A stretch of 64,000 bases of DNA from the human T2T-CHM13v2.0 reference genome, Homo sapiens: assembly GCF_009914755.1 (NCBI RefSeq), contig NC_060947.1; one strand, 5' to 3'. Made by a program: the position numbers and the translations under genes. Shown piece by piece: positions 32,101-50,182 of the stretch. The notes under the pieces were generated by a model. The model was not told the DNA's origin, did no database searches, and saw only the letters and a list, made by a program, of their open reading frames with translations. Positions within the stretch are counted from its first letter, which is position 1, and each line of letters begins with the position of its first letter.

Positions 32101-35100
32101 ATGCCTTCTGTAGGGAGGAAAAGAGGTAACTTTTCTTCCTGAAGATTTATTCAGTGGCCTCATTGTCATCTGTGTAGCTAAGCGTACATGCATTGTGAAT
32201 GTATTCATATAAATGTGATTTTTTTTAAAAGCTCCAGTTATGGCATGCAGATTAATTTTAATGTATGCAGATATTTTACCAGTCATTTATATTAAAATGA
32301 ACTTTACTTTTGAGGTGATAAAGGAGAATGAATGTAAGGTCAAAGAGAAACTTGGAAGTGTAATGATGGAGGAAATTGGGTCTTTGGCTATTACTGAATA
32401 CATTTTTTTAATGCATAATTTTTTTATTTGCCTCCATTTAATACTTTTTGGTAACTGGGAATACTGTCAATTAATTTCATTATAAAATCCTCATTTATTT
32501 TTGCTAATGGAGGAGATCCAAAACCAATAATATAAACAAAATGTATTCTTGGTGTTGGGGGCTGTCTTGGTACTTATTTGAGCATAGGTGTGGACGAGGT
32601 GTTCTTCACAGACTAAATATAGCAAGCGGCATAGCAGTTTAGAGTACCCTCAGCTGGAAAAACCCATACACGAGAAAAGCTTGGACATAAAAATCTGAGC
32701 TCAGAAAATGTCTGTCTGAATCTTTCAGATACACAAAAAGAAACTTCAGAAACTCCAATAAGATAATTTATATTCCTCATCAATCATGATGCAGAAAGTC
32801 AGATAGAGTTGGAGTATGTGATATTCTGAGCAAGGTCAGGAGATGAGGTTAAGGCTTAGTTCATTTCCCTCCAATTTCCAAGACATCTGAAATAATCTAT
32901 TCAGTAACTACTTAGATTTAGTCTGTTAAATCTAGTAAAAATTTAATGAGTACTTTTCAGTGGCCCTATTTTTTAGAAGCACCTGGAATTTAAGGTCCTA
33001 ATCTGTTTTTCAAGCAACTTGTCACTTTTCAGTGACTGACAGCTTTCAGATTTCACTGTTTTCTGGCTTTCCATTTAAACCTTAAAAGTAGTGTTTAGTT
33101 TGTGTTCTTATGAGACCTCCTTCAAAATGCTGTATTTTTAAAAAATAGTAACTAAAGGATCAAACAGAAACAGTTATGAGTTCGTATTCCACCCTCCCAT
33201 GAAGTGGCACTTTTTAAGGAATTTTTAACACATAAATTTAACAAATAAAAACTAAAACAGCAGTTAACCAGATAATTCAGAGCCACTCTGTTGTCTAGTT
33301 ATTTGGATATGTGAGGTATTACTATAAATAAAGCAATGAAGCTGGAGTTAAGGAGCATTTTTGGGGCATCTCTGAAAACTTGCCCCTAACTGTACTGTCA
33401 CTTTCTAGTTTTTATTGGAGGTAGTATTACCTGTTATTAAAACAAAAAGCCAAGCACCTGCGTAAAGTAAGCTGCTTTCACTTTGTTTTTGGCTCGTATC
33501 TCCTGTGCAAATATCCTCAGTACAGCGTTCCCTACTCCAAGAGCTTTTGGCATTTTTTTTTCTTTGCCTACAGGCTCAAGAACGTGACCTCTTTTTGTAC
33601 CCTTCTTTGCCTTGTCTGTGCATTTGTAGCAGTTTTCTGGGAGCAGGTTTCTTTAGAACAGTTAACTGCTTGGCTGTGAGAATGTGTATCTATACACTGA
33701 TAGTCAGTTACTGACAGACATATTAGATATAGGACAATGAAGCTGGACAAAGCTAAGTTGCAGACAGCCTTTCCTCCATCAGTTCCCTATGGCTCTATCT
33801 GACCATTAGGTTCCAGCTTTTCCCCAAGAGCCTTGTTGTAGAAGTTGGCAATCTCATTTTCATTTTACTCCCCTATAGTTACTGAGAAAGCAATATTTTT
33901 CCTTTTGCTCTTTAAGACTTCTTTTTGCAAACTGAATTTCAGTCCTGTCCTAGTTAAGTTGACTGAGGAGCAGGTATGCCCCAGCCTCTGGCTCCTACCC
34001 GACATTAGCTAAGTCTCAGTCCATTTAGTTCCTTGTGTCTCCTCTCATGCATGACTTAGTTCCTCTTTCATCAGTGGGTCAGCTCCTTGAGACTCTGCTT
34101 ATGTTGCACAATTTAACCTTAAGTTAGTGTAGCTTCTAACAATACGATAGAGACGCCATGCAAATATCTGTAATAAGACAGGACCTCTTTTTCCAGTATC
34201 CCTAATTTGAAGCTGTTAATTAATTATTAAGGTTTACTAGGTCGACTAGGTAGCAAACTGAATAGGGGAGTGAGAGAAAAATTATTATTAATGAAGAAGT
34301 TTTCATCTCTATCTAAATCAAGAACTTGAAATCAGGATACAAGCAGGATAAGCTGAGAATTAACATGTATGCCTATGTTGGAGGCAGGAAATTAGCCCTC
34401 AACAGAATATCTGATACATGGGGCAGGCCTTTTTTGCGGGGAGTTGGGGAGAGGTCTTCCATTGTTTTTGAAAAACATGTTTCTGTCAGGTTAACTTTCA
34501 TTTTCCCACGTTTGAGGGAGCCATGGATACTGTGCAAGCATGATGGTACATGGCAGCTGACAGTCATTCTGCTGAAGGCCCAGTAGGGACTGTGGTAAAT
34601 TGGAGAGCAAATGTTTTGTGTAAAGGGAGATACTGGAGCCATTATTAGGGTATAACCAACCAGGTGCCTTGTGGTAGAGGGGTCCCCATTTTCCAGTTAT
34701 TTCACCTTTTTCTAGGGAAGGCCTCTTTGTTTTATTTTTATTTCCTATAACATTTTTTAAGCTGGACTAGCCACCTATCTGGTTTCTCAGCTTCTTTAAT
34801 TTTTCTTTTTATCTCATCTTAGTTTTCAACCTTGTTTCTAGCGGGGCTAATCTTTTCCCTGAAACATTCTTGCCACGTTCATTCTGTGCTCCTCCAACTG
34901 GATTGATCTCCCCAATTTCACCATTCCCAGTCCTAGATCAGAATGTTTAAATATTTTTAGAAGTAGCTGAAGATAATTATGTTAAATCTGCAGGTATTAG
35001 AAACATGAATGAGAAAAAATATGCCATAAGATTAAGATCTTCAATAATAGAGTATGTTTGCAATGACATACTTACTGAACAGTACTTTGTAAGGCACAGT

Positions 35101-36055
35101 GTTACTCTTCAAAAAAAAATTCTGTCTAGAATGAATTGATTGATAAAATTTATGTATTTATAAAGATAATCAGCCATATAATGGAGTAAAATGATAAGAG
35201 CCAAAATGAACAGTATATATCTTGAGTCCCATAGGAGTTTAGAGAAAAAGGATTATTTTAGAGGTTGGAATATAGCATGGTAGACTAAGATAATTTTCCC
35301 TTTTTGTATTCATAGGTAAGCAAGCAAATGTAAACATTGTATTTTGGCTTTATTATGGATAATTTTTGCTATTTTGTTAGTACCTTGCCAGAAATTTGAC
35401 TGCTTGTATGTGAATGCTGCATAAAATAGGTCCTGGGAATTCTAATTTAGCAAAATTCCAACTCCTAACCTTGTAAAGAAGTTTCCACTCCGAAAATATT
35501 TTTTATTGGTATGTCTTCCTCTTTCTTGTCTTTCTTGAGTGAAACTGACTATAAAAATAAAGTAAGCTTTAAAAAAATTATCTGTCCTGAGTTGCTGTAG
35601 TTAACTGGTTATTTGCAAAATGCATGTATTTCACCATAGCAGCTTAAAACCAGTTACTTTGGGCAGATTTAAATTTATAACCAGCCAAAAACTATTTTGG
35701 TATATTTTGGGTTTTTGGTTCCCATCTTATTCTCACCAGACTGAGAGACGGGTATTGAAAGCATTTACTAGAGTTTTCCTAATTTGTTTTTTAAATAATA
35801 TTTTTGCATATAAAAGTACTTTTGCCCATTGTAGAAAAATCAAAATACAGGGCATTATGAAGAAAACCAGCCACCCAGAGATAGCCACTTAGCATTTTGC
35901 TGTTTTTACTTGCACCTGTTTTAAAGAATCTATGTTATAAACATAGTTGGGTTCATAATTCACATAGTTTTGTATCCTGCCTCATTTTTTTTAACTTAAC
36001 ATTACACATAGATCTTCCTGAGCCATTCCAATTTCTTTGAAAAGAGTGGCTGTAG

Positions 36056-36422
<367 letters not shown>

Positions 36423-37950
36423 CTAAATATTTTTCAATTGTTGATAGGTGGTTTTACATTTTAGACTGTTCTAAATAATTCTACAATGAATGTGCTTGTG
36501 CATTAATTGCTTGAGTGTGATTATTTTTTAGACTAGGTTTATAGAGTAAAATTACTGGCTTAGAGAATACAAATTTTTTAAAAACCTTGTTGAATAAGGC
36601 AAATTGCATTCTAGAGAGTATGTACCAATTTCCAGCTGTATACAACAGTGCCCATCTTAACTGTATCTTGTCAATGTTGAGCTCAATATAGTATTTTAAA
36701 TGGCACCTCTCTTTTCAGTTTTGCTCGCTAATTGAATTTAATATATTTTTTTCAAAATGTACCCATCTAAACCTGTTTTGGATGTAAGTTTCAAGATAAA
36801 CTACTTTCCCTAAAGTTCTTAGTGAAGTGGGATAATGTTTGATGCGTTAAAAAAATAGATTGCAAAATAGTATGTGTAGAATTACGTTTCACTAAGCATT
36901 GTAACACTGTGAGGCATCTCTGCTTGGTGAGTATGAGTGATTTAAAATTTTTCTTTGTGCTTTTTTGTTTTCCAGAATTTCTTTAATATAATAGAACTTT
37001 GTAATTAAGCTACAGTTCAAATGCTGTACCTCCTTAAGAATTTATAAGCCATCCAAAAGCTTTGCCTTCTTGATAATTTGGCATAGTATTTCTTTTTACA
37101 GTAATACTTTGAAGTTTCTGTATTTATTTAAGGAAGAAAGGGGTATTTCTTGTATCAATAATGGGCACTGGCCCTCATGTTTTCTGGGAAACAGCTGTAG
37201 TGAGACTGTTTCTGTTTCTGACATATGAATATTTTTTAAATGATAGCCTGAATGAGAGTTTTAGTGTTTGACTTGCTTAGAGAAATGTAAGAAATTTTAT
37301 TGGAATTTATATTAGCCTCTTGGTACACCAATATTGCTTAGAGGCCGAGTAATCCAAAAGTTAGGAATGCTAAGTGTTCTTTATGTTCAAATTAATAAAA
37401 AGAGGGATGAGAACACTTTAGAACAAGGTGTCCAGCAACCAAGAAGCAAATGAACAGTTTTTTAGATTTAGCTTGTTGTGAATCTATTTTGGCATGTCAT
37501 GTACAGTTAAATGGCCTCATTATAAAAGTTCACTTGGTACAGTACATTATGATATGTTAATCAAAACCACTGAAAGTCATTGTTATGTAACTTTTTAAAG
37601 ATAACTTTTTTCCTAAATGTAGAGCATGAGCTAGTTAATCAATATGAATTATCCATTAAATTCAAAAGGTAAGGTATAATAAAATACATTGAAAGAATCT
37701 GTTCTTTTATCTGTTTGCCTGAATTCATAGTGCAAGAGGTAAGTGACATAGATTAAATTGAAATACTGTGCATATTTTCATAATATAATCAACTTGACAT
37801 CACAAAATAGTCTCAGAGCTCAAGGTATTAAAAAAACTACCTAATTCTTTCACCTTGTCTCCTTCCCTCGCTTTAAATGGATTTTACTAGGTTCTCAAAT
37901 AGTAAGTTATGTGAGATATTTTTCCCACAGAGTCTCATTAATTAAGTGGA

Positions 37951-38245
<295 letters not shown>

Positions 38246-38649
38246 AATTAAGTGGAAATTTTAAGGAAAACTTTTTTTTTCTGGTATGAGACATTTTCTC
38301 CAGTTACTTGTACCTAGGAAGATCTGGATTACATAAAAAGTCTCTTTTATAATGTTATATACAGCTCACATTCCTGAATTACAGTATTTCAAATTTTCTC
38401 TTGACCATAATGAAACAATAGACATTAATAACATTCTGTTAATTTTGTCAGTGTTTAACATGGGAAAAAATACCCCAGAAGAATTTTATTCCGGTTATTC
38501 TAAGGAGAGAAAACAAGAAAAGTAGCATTAATTACAAAACTTTTCAATAACCAATTTGTTTTCCTTGACAGAAATTGATATGCCTCTAATCTGATATACA
38601 GCCTTAGAAAGTCACATACTAATAATATTATTTTGTCGTTTTGCTGTAG

Positions 38650-38784
<135 letters not shown>

Positions 38785-39057
38785 TAATTATTTAACTTCT
38801 CTTTAAGTTTTTTTTTTAACAATAATACTTTCTTTGGGCTTTTGTAAAAATTTTTCCCATTTCAAAGCATTTCATCATCATCATAAAGGGTGTTTTTGAT
38901 AAGAAATTTAATACTTAGAGAAATAGTACAGGAAGTTTAATAATATATTTTGAATCCAGCTAGTGAATTGGGTGAAGTGTACTGCTCGTTTTCTTAATTT
39001 GAAAAGTGAGTTTAATTTAGTTTGCTTACTAATTTTTGATTTCTTCATTTTTTATAG

Positions 39058-39101
39058 GGTCTATTGCCGAAAACACAAGAAAACTGCACATAACTCCGAA
39101 G
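39058..39101 (+). CDS. PHF6: PHF6 exon 5 (44 nt); aa 125-140
   Basis: VYCRKHKKTAHNSE; ttttatAG / GTACAT; phase matches exons 4 and 6. Confidence 0.96.
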
Positions 39102-39249
39102 GTACATCATTTAGCCACGTTTCAGCCACTTTTCAGTTTCAAGAAGAAATTTGAGTACAGATTAGTGAATTATACTATATTAATTTTAACCATAAGACAT
39201 ATCTCAACATTCAGTACATTTAGAAGAATTGAGACAAGTGTTAGGATAA

Positions 39250-39580
<331 letters not shown>

Positions 39581-39684
39581 AAGATCTGAACTTTTAAGAA
39601 AACTTTTACCCCAAAGTCCTTGTAAAGTATATGCTGAAAATCTATCTTTAGTAAGAAATTATGCTGGTGGCTGCGTGTTTCATT

Positions 39685-40338
<654 letters not shown>

Positions 40339-41214
40339 TGATACTGTCATATTATAAATGATGTGAGCTTGGTAATAGTAGTACATTTTGTGATCACCAG
40401 GCTTTCTGTTATATTTTTATTCACATCTGTAGTACTTTAAAAAATGCCAATGTGTTAATAAGTAACCAAATTTAAAATACAAACTTTAAAAATTATTTAA
40501 TAGTTTGTTTCTACTTAAATTTATATAAAACCAGGTTAGTCATGTTTATATATAGTTAGCCAAGTTGAACTTGGTCTGTAAAAAGTATGCGAAAACTCTG
40601 ATACTGAGTTCTGACTTGTTTCAAACCTTTTCAAACAGATGGTTTTGATACTTTTACTAGCAATATAAAATGGCTTAGATGTAATCTGCGATTGTTCTAT
40701 CCCTTCATTTAGATTAGAGATCTTTAAAATTTTTGTTCGCTTTTGAGAATATGTTGCTTAGAATTATAATGGTTTGAGCACTGTTGTTTTAGGAAGCTGT
40801 TTCTTTTATGAAGATTTACCTAATTATTGGTATTCGCATGTTAAAATTGGTGGCCCTTTTTGATCTCTAGATCTTGGCTTTTATAATACAAAACAATATA
40901 GTTTCCACTTCTGGACTTGAGATTAGTCCAGATACTTTAAAGTGTTGGTTAAAAATACAGTCGTTAGCAAAATCTAGTCTTTAAGGTAAACATGCTGGAT
41001 AAATAATAATTTTTTTGAGGTGATAAAATATGACGGAAAAAACCTTAGTAGTGCTTTTCTTCTGTTTTCTCCTCACTGAATTCTAGAATTGAATTGGAAA
41101 ATCCTTTGTGAAAGATTGAGTACGCTTTTCCACCTTCCATTATTTCAGATTTTAACAGTGCATTTATTTCATTCTCTTTAAGACTGTAGTGGCCCTATAT
41201 GGTTTTTTTCTTAA

Positions 41215-41345
41215 TCTATTTTTAATTTTTGTGAGTACAGAGTAGGTGTGTATTTATGGGGTACATGAGATATTTTGATACAGGCACACAATGTGAAATA
41301 AGTACATCATGGAGAATGGGGTATCCATCCCTATTTCAAACAATC
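41215..41345 (-). mobile_element. Short L1 (L1MA-like) 3' end
   Basis: tatttatggggtacatgagatattttgatacaggca...catcatggagaatgggg. Confidence 0.75.
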
Positions 41346-42017
41346 CAAGTTAAGCTGAGGATTGAGACTATGTTATGCTGTATGTTAAGCTGAGAATTGA
41401 GACTCATGATCTGATGAATACAAGTATGAGCACACTGAGACAGGATATTTGAGATAATTAAGAAGGATGATTAATATATACTGATTATGTAGATAGCTCC
41501 CATTTTATTCCCTGGATTTCTGAAGCTGACAGTACCATCTAGTGGTAGGGAGAAGTCACTGCAAACTATATAAAGTAGAATAATTTTGGCCATGTTTTAG
41601 CACTGTGACACTTAATAGAGATCTAAATTCATACTTTTCAAGACAACTTTTCTTTTACTGTAACTGGCAGCATTATTATAACTTCAGATTTGTGCTACAA
41701 TTAATTTGAATTTGGGATTCGATGTGTACGTCTATAGAACAATGGGCGGGGGGCTTGTATCATTTTTATATATAGTGTGTTTATACTCATTGTGGACCTT
41801 GAAAGAATAATTTTATAATTTAAAGTATTAAAGCTTTATATTTATTGATTTCTGGCTTTTATCACATTGATCTAGCTCAAATTTAGTTGATTTTGAGTGC
41901 TTTGTCAGAAACAGAACTTCCAATTATTCCATTGTTCTAATGGGAAACATATGTTCTCCTTTACGATCATGGTTTATGATGGGAGGTTATAGGATTGTAT
42001 TTCAGGGACTGTCTTTT

Positions 42018-42067
42018 AAGAATTGTACTGCACTAAAAAAAAAAAAAAAAAGAATTGTACTGCACTA
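42018..42067 (+). mobile_element. Solo poly(A) retro-insertion with TSD
   Basis: AAGAATTGTACTGCACTA at 42018-42035 and 42050-42067 around an A17 run. Confidence 0.8.
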
Positions 42068-42481
42068 GTCTCCAGAACAAAGATGAATTAATATCTATGG
42101 TAATGTCTTGGTCATTTGCCATCTGTGGCTCAATACTTACTTTGCTAATACTTAATATGATAAATGCTATTAATATATAATTCATTCTGCCATGTTAGCT
42201 TTATATAAAATGAGCTGTTTTGAAATATTAAATTTGAGAATAATTGCATAATATAGCAATTCAATTTCCCATCACAAATAAAATATTATTGAATATTAAA
42301 TACCTAAAACCTATGTCATCAGTTTTGCTTCAGGAAAAAATGGACTGTGAATTTGAAAAGCAATTTTAAAAATCTATATGGAGTTTATAACTATCATTAT
42401 GTCACTAGGTTATTAGAATGCCCGTCCCAGGAACTGTATGTATTTACCTGTTAGTGGTGATGGGCTTAGATAAGTTGCCTA

Positions 42482-42810
<329 letters not shown>

Positions 42811-42899
42811 AAAGCATTTCTGATAAAAAAAATATCTCCCCTATCAATGGTGACAGTTAACTGAGGACAGAGTCCTTCCGGAATTATATACAAGCTAGT

Positions 42900-44450
<1,551 letters not shown>

Positions 44451-44469
44451 AAATTGGAGATTTGTGGCA

Positions 44470-44620
44470 TGGCATGTTACATACATGTCAAAATCCATAG
44501 AATGTACCACACTAAGAGTACCCTAATGTAAACTGTGGACTTCAGGTGATAATAATATGCCTATATTTGTTCATCCATTGTAACAAATGTACCACTCTGG
44601 TGTAGGATGTTAATAGTAAC
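44470..44620 (+). mobile_element. L1MC-like 3'UTR fragment
   Basis: ccctaatgtaaactgtggacttcaggtgataat...gtaacaaatgtaccactctggtg. Confidence 0.75.
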
Positions 44621-44699
44621 ACGGGTAAGCCTCCTAATATGTTTGCTTGTAAAGGGGCAGGGAATAGTTAGAAGGAAGTTAAAGGGTGGCTTTTTTCCC

Positions 44700-45222
44700 T
44701 TAATTAATAGACTTTATTTTTAGAACAGTTTTAGGTTTATAGCAAAATTGAGCACAAAGTACAGAGTTCCTGTATATCTCCTGTTCCCCAACCCCTAACA
44801 TACACACACACACACACACACAGACACACACACACACAGACACACACACACACACACACACAGCCTATCCACTATTAACATCCCACACCAGAGTGGTACG
44901 CTTATTACAATGGATGAAGCAATATTGGCACATCATTATCACCCAAAGTCCATAGTTTAAATTAGTGCACTCTTGGTGTGGTACATGCTATGGGTTTTGA
45001 CATGTGTATAATGACACGTACCTACCATTACAGTATCATACAGAATCATTTCACTGCCCTGAAAATCCCCTGTGCTCCACCTTTTCCCTCCCAAACCTCT
45101 GGCAACCACTGATACTGATACCACTGATACTTTTACTGTCTCCATAGCTTTGCCTTTTCCAGAATGTCATAGTTGGAATCATACAGTATATAGCTTTTTT
45201 CAGATTGGTCTCTTTCACTTAA
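44700..45222 (-). mobile_element. L1MC-like 3' end containing (CA)n at ~44802-44862
   Basis: tagaacagttttaggtttatagcaaaattgagc...ccttttccagaatgtcatagttggaatcatacag. Confidence 0.8.
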
Positions 45223-45226
45223 TTGC

Positions 45227-45538
45227 CTTTTATTTTTATTTATTATTTTGAGACAGGGTCTCACTCTATCACGCAGGCTGGAATCCAGTGGCTCAATCAC
45301 GGCTTACTGCAGCCTCAACCTCCCAGGCTCAAGTGATCCTCCCACTTCAGCCTCCTGAGTAGCTAGAACCACAGGCATGTGCCACCACACCCGGCTAATT
45401 TTTTTTACATTTTTTATTTGTAGAAACGGGGTCTTGCCACATTGGCCAGGCTGGTCTCGAACTCCTGGGTTCAAGTAGTCCTCCACCTCAGCCTCTCAAA
45501 GTACTGGGATTACAAGCGTTGAGCCACCCTCCCAGCCT
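45227..45538 (-). mobile_element. AluJ-like
   Basis: gcagcctcaacctcccaggctcaagtgatcctccc; TSD ttgcctttt. Confidence 0.92.
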
Positions 45539-47052
45539 TTGCCTTTTTTTTTTTTTTTTTTTTTTTTAGGAGGAGAATTAATTGATACATAGACCCCTTA
45601 AGAGAAGGGATGCTATGGGCAGGAAGAGATTGAAGGTAAAGGAAAAAGGATTCAGCACCCAAGCAAAACAATTGGCCTGTGATAGAAGGGCATTTCCACT
45701 GTAATAAGAGGGAACGAAGAGGATAAGTGGCTCCTTTCTGGTCTGCCTTCTCTGTGAAGGAGAATGTAGCAAAAGGTGTGAGGGTTGGAAGCTGAAGGAA
45801 AGAGAACCGTTTGAAAGAATAGCTGTGAAGACTGGGAGAGGAAGTTTGCCTGGAGAAATGTAAGGTTTCCAGAATAGGTTGAGGGCCCTGTTGAGGTTAG
45901 TACCCATGAGTTTATGTAGTGGTTCCCAACAGTCAAGTGATGTGACTTTTCCACCAGTAATTCAGGATCCTGTATGTGCATAGAGAAAGTGGCTAGTTGG
46001 GTAAATAAAAATTGGGATCTTGCCAAGTGAGTTTAACGAAGTAAAGGGATATGGGAGTTTAGGATATTTGCAAGAGAGCAGTTTGAGCAAGATAGGGAGG
46101 GAAGTGACAGCAGGAGAACAAGAAACAAGAAAGCATCAGTGGACTGGAGGTCCTAATAGGGTTGAAGAACAATGAGAATGAAAGTACTTAGGAAAACAAG
46201 CATTTGTGGTCCCAGAGTGTGACATAGGGATGTCAGAAATAGAACCATTTTATGTGATTATAAGGTTTTTGAGTGTGGTAAATTGGAGAGAGTAATGCCC
46301 AACTTACCAGTACACCAACGCTCCTCCTAGTATTCTAAAGCCCTGTCTGTCCCTTTTCTGATTGTCTTCTCTTCTTAACCACTGTTTTCCTCATCTTACA
46401 TCTTCCTAGTTTATGCTCCATCTTCCTCCTCCTAAGTTCTCACATCATTTAACAGTGTGAAGTAGAAAGGGTATCTGGACAGAAAGTCTGAAACTGCCAC
46501 CCACTAGGTCTTAACTTGGTTAACTTATTCACAAGGCAAAGTGTCCTCATGTATCAAATGAGACTAATAAATATATAATTTTTGTTTAGGGGGAGTGGGG
46601 GAGGACATAATTAAGTGACAGATATGTGACAAACATTAAAATACAGTGGTGACATCATGGCTGCATCTTACTCTTAAACCTTTCAGGAAAAAATGTGTAT
46701 GGATATTGAGAGAGAATGAATGATAAAGCAAGTGTGGTAAAATATTATTTTTAGAATCTGGGTGAAGGGTATACAGGAATTTTTATGACAACTTTTTTTA
46801 TAAGTCTGAAATTACTTAAAAAGATAAAGTGGTGATAAGTGTTAGAATTACAGTGACCACAAAATCCCATGCTTTCTGAGATGGTGTAAAGGAATCTTTT
46901 GTGCCTAACCTTGGAGGCTATAGTCTGTATTTTATTCAAGGACCTGGTGGATTCCCTAATGAACAGTTCTGAAACTTTATATTAGAAATTGCTTGTCAAA
47001 TGATATAACTCAGTTTATGTTTCAGGAAATAGGGTCACCATAGTTATATTAA

Positions 47053-47442
<390 letters not shown>

Positions 47443-47559
47443 ACAGTTTGCATTACTTTTATTAAATGGAAATATAGGGAGATTCTGATGTTGGTATTAA
47501 GCTCTTTAAAAACCTTTAAGTTGAGTAGCATTGAATAGACTTATGAAGTACTGGGAAGG

Positions 47560-47795
47560 CAGTATTATACACTGGTTAAGAGTATGGGCTTTGAAATAAG
47601 GTCTGTATTTGAATCTTAGCTCTGCCACATCCTAGGCACATGATCTGGGACAAATTATTTGATCGCTCTCAGAGGAGAGCCTTAGATATTGCATCTGTAA
47701 AATTTGGGGGATTTTTTTAAAAACCTACCTCATAGGATTATTCTAAGGATTAAATGAAAAATAATGCGTGTACAACTCTAAACAATGGCTCAGTA
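47560..47795 (+). mobile_element. MIR (host of the Tigger1)
   Basis: tttgaatcttagctctgccac...cctacctcataggattattctaaggattaaatga. Confidence 0.75.
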
Positions 47796-50182
47796 CAGGC
47801 ATACCTTATTTTATTGCACTTCAGTTTATTGTGCTTCACAGATAACTGCATTTTTTACAAATTGAAGGTTTGTGGCAACCTTGCATTGAGCAAGTCTTTC
47901 AGCATCATTTTTTCCGACAGGATATGCTCACTTTGTTTCTGTCACATTTTGGCAATCTCACAATATTTCAAACCTTTTCATTTTTTTATCCGTTATGGTG
48001 ATCTGTGATCAATGATCTTTGATATTACTATTGCAAATTGTTTAGGGACATCATGAACCGTGCCCATGTAAGACAGTGAACTTAATTGATAAATGTGGTG
48101 TGTGTTCTGGCTGCTTCCCCAACCAGCCATTCTCCATCTCTCTCCCTCTTTTTGGGCTTCCCTATTCTCTAAGACATAACAGTATTGAAATTAGACCAAT
48201 TAATAACCCTCTAATGGCCTCTTAAGTGTTTAAGTAAAAGGAAGAGTTGTACCTTTCTCACTTTAAATCCAAAGCTGAAATTATTAAGCTTAGTGAGGAA
48301 GGCATGTCGAAAGCTGAGACAGGCCAAAAGCTAGGCCTCTTGTACCAAACAGCCAAGTTGTGAATGCAAAAGAAAAGTTCTTGGAGGAAGTTAAAAGTGC
48401 TATTCCAGGGAACACACAAATGATAAGAAAGTGAAACAGCCCTATTGCTGATATGGGGAAAGTTTTAGTAGTCTGGATAGAAGATCAAACCAGCCACAAC
48501 ATTCCCTTAAGCCAAAGCCTAATCCAGAGCAAGCCTCTAATTCTTCAATTCTATGAAGGCTGAGAGAGGTGAGGAATCTACAGAAGAAAAGTTTGAAGCT
48601 AGCAGAGGTTGGTTCATTAGATTTAAGGAAAGAAGTCTCCATAACAATAAAGGTGCAAGGTGAAAGCAGCAAGTGCTGATGTAGAAACTATACTGAGTTA
48701 TACAGAGGATCTAGCTAAGATCATTGATGAAGTTGCCTACACAAAACAACAGATTTTTAATATCAATGAAACAGCCTTGTATTGGAAGGAGATGCCATTT
48801 AGGACATTCATAGCTAGAGAGATGTCAATGCCTGGCCTCAAAGCTTCAAAAGACAGTCTGAGTCTTGTTAGGGGCTAATGCAGCTGGTGATTTTAAAACC
48901 AATCCTCATTTACCATTTTAAAAATCCTAGGGCCCTTAAGAATTACAATAAATCTACTCTGTTTATACTCTATAAATGAATGATAGCACATCTGTTTATA
49001 GCATGGTTTACTGAATATTTTAAGCCCACTCTTGACACCTACTGCTCAGAGAAAAAGATTCCTTTCAAAATATTACTGCTTATTGACAATGCATCTGGTC
49101 ACCCAAGAGCTCTGATGGAGATCTACAAGGAGATGAATGTTGTCTTCATGCATGCTAGTACAGCATTCATTCCGCAGTTCTTAGAGCCCGTGGATCAAGG
49201 AGTACTTTGGACTTTCAAGTCTTATTATTTAAGAAATACATTTCATGAGGCTGTAGCTGCCATACATTAGTGATTTCTGTGATGAATCTGGGCAAGGTAA
49301 TTAAAAACCTTCTGGAACGGATTCATAATTCTGGATGCCATTGAGAACATCTGTGATTCAAGGGCAGAGGTCAACATATCGATGTTAACGGGAATTTGGA
49401 AGAAGTTTATTCCAACCCTCACGGATTACTTTGAGAGGTTCAAGACTTCGGTGGAGGAAGTCACTGCAGATGTGGTAGAAATAGCAAGAGAACTAGAATT
49501 AGAAGTGGAGCCTGAAGATGGGACTAGATTGCTGCAATCTCATGATCAAACTTTAACAGATGAGGAGTTGCTTCTTATGGATGAACAAAGAAAGTAGTTT
49601 CTTGAGATAGAGTGTACTTCTGGTGAAGATGCTGTGAACATTGTTGAAACGACAACAAAGGATTTAGAATATTCCGTAAACATGGTTGATAAAGCAGTGG
49701 CAGGGTTTGAGAGGATTCATTCTAATTTTGAAAGAAGTTTTCCTGTGGGTAAAATGCTATCAAACGGCATCTCATTCTATAGAGAAATCTTTCACAAAAG
49801 AAAGAGTCCATCAATGCGGCAAACTTCAGTGTTGTCTTAATTTAAGAAATTGTCATGCCACCCCATCCTTCAGCCATCCACCACCTTGATCAGTTAGCAG
49901 CCAACAGCATCAAGGCAAGACCCTTCACCAGCGAAAAGATTACAGCTTACTGGAAAGCCCAGATGATTGTTAGCATTTTTTAGCAATAAAGTATTTTTAA
50001 TGAAGGTACATACCCTTTTTTTATACATAATGCTATTATACACTTAGTAGACTACAATATAGTGTAAACATAACTTTTAAATGCACTGGGAAATGAAAAG
50101 ATTCATGTGATTTGCTTTATTGCGATAACTTGCTTTACTGTGGTAGTCCGGAACCAAACCCACGATATCTTGAAGATGTCTG
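47796..50182 (+). mobile_element. Tigger1 (pogo/TcMar) DNA transposon, near full length, inactive
   Basis: TA|CAGGCATACCT 5' TIR, degenerate 3' TIR ...gatgtctg|TA; broken transposase ORFs 48660-49840 ([27 protein letters not shown]). Confidence 0.95.

Noticed and set aside
48660-49889. Transposase ORFs as a domesticated TIGD-type gene
   Set aside because: Multiple frameshifts and stops, and the first catalytic Asp appears lost
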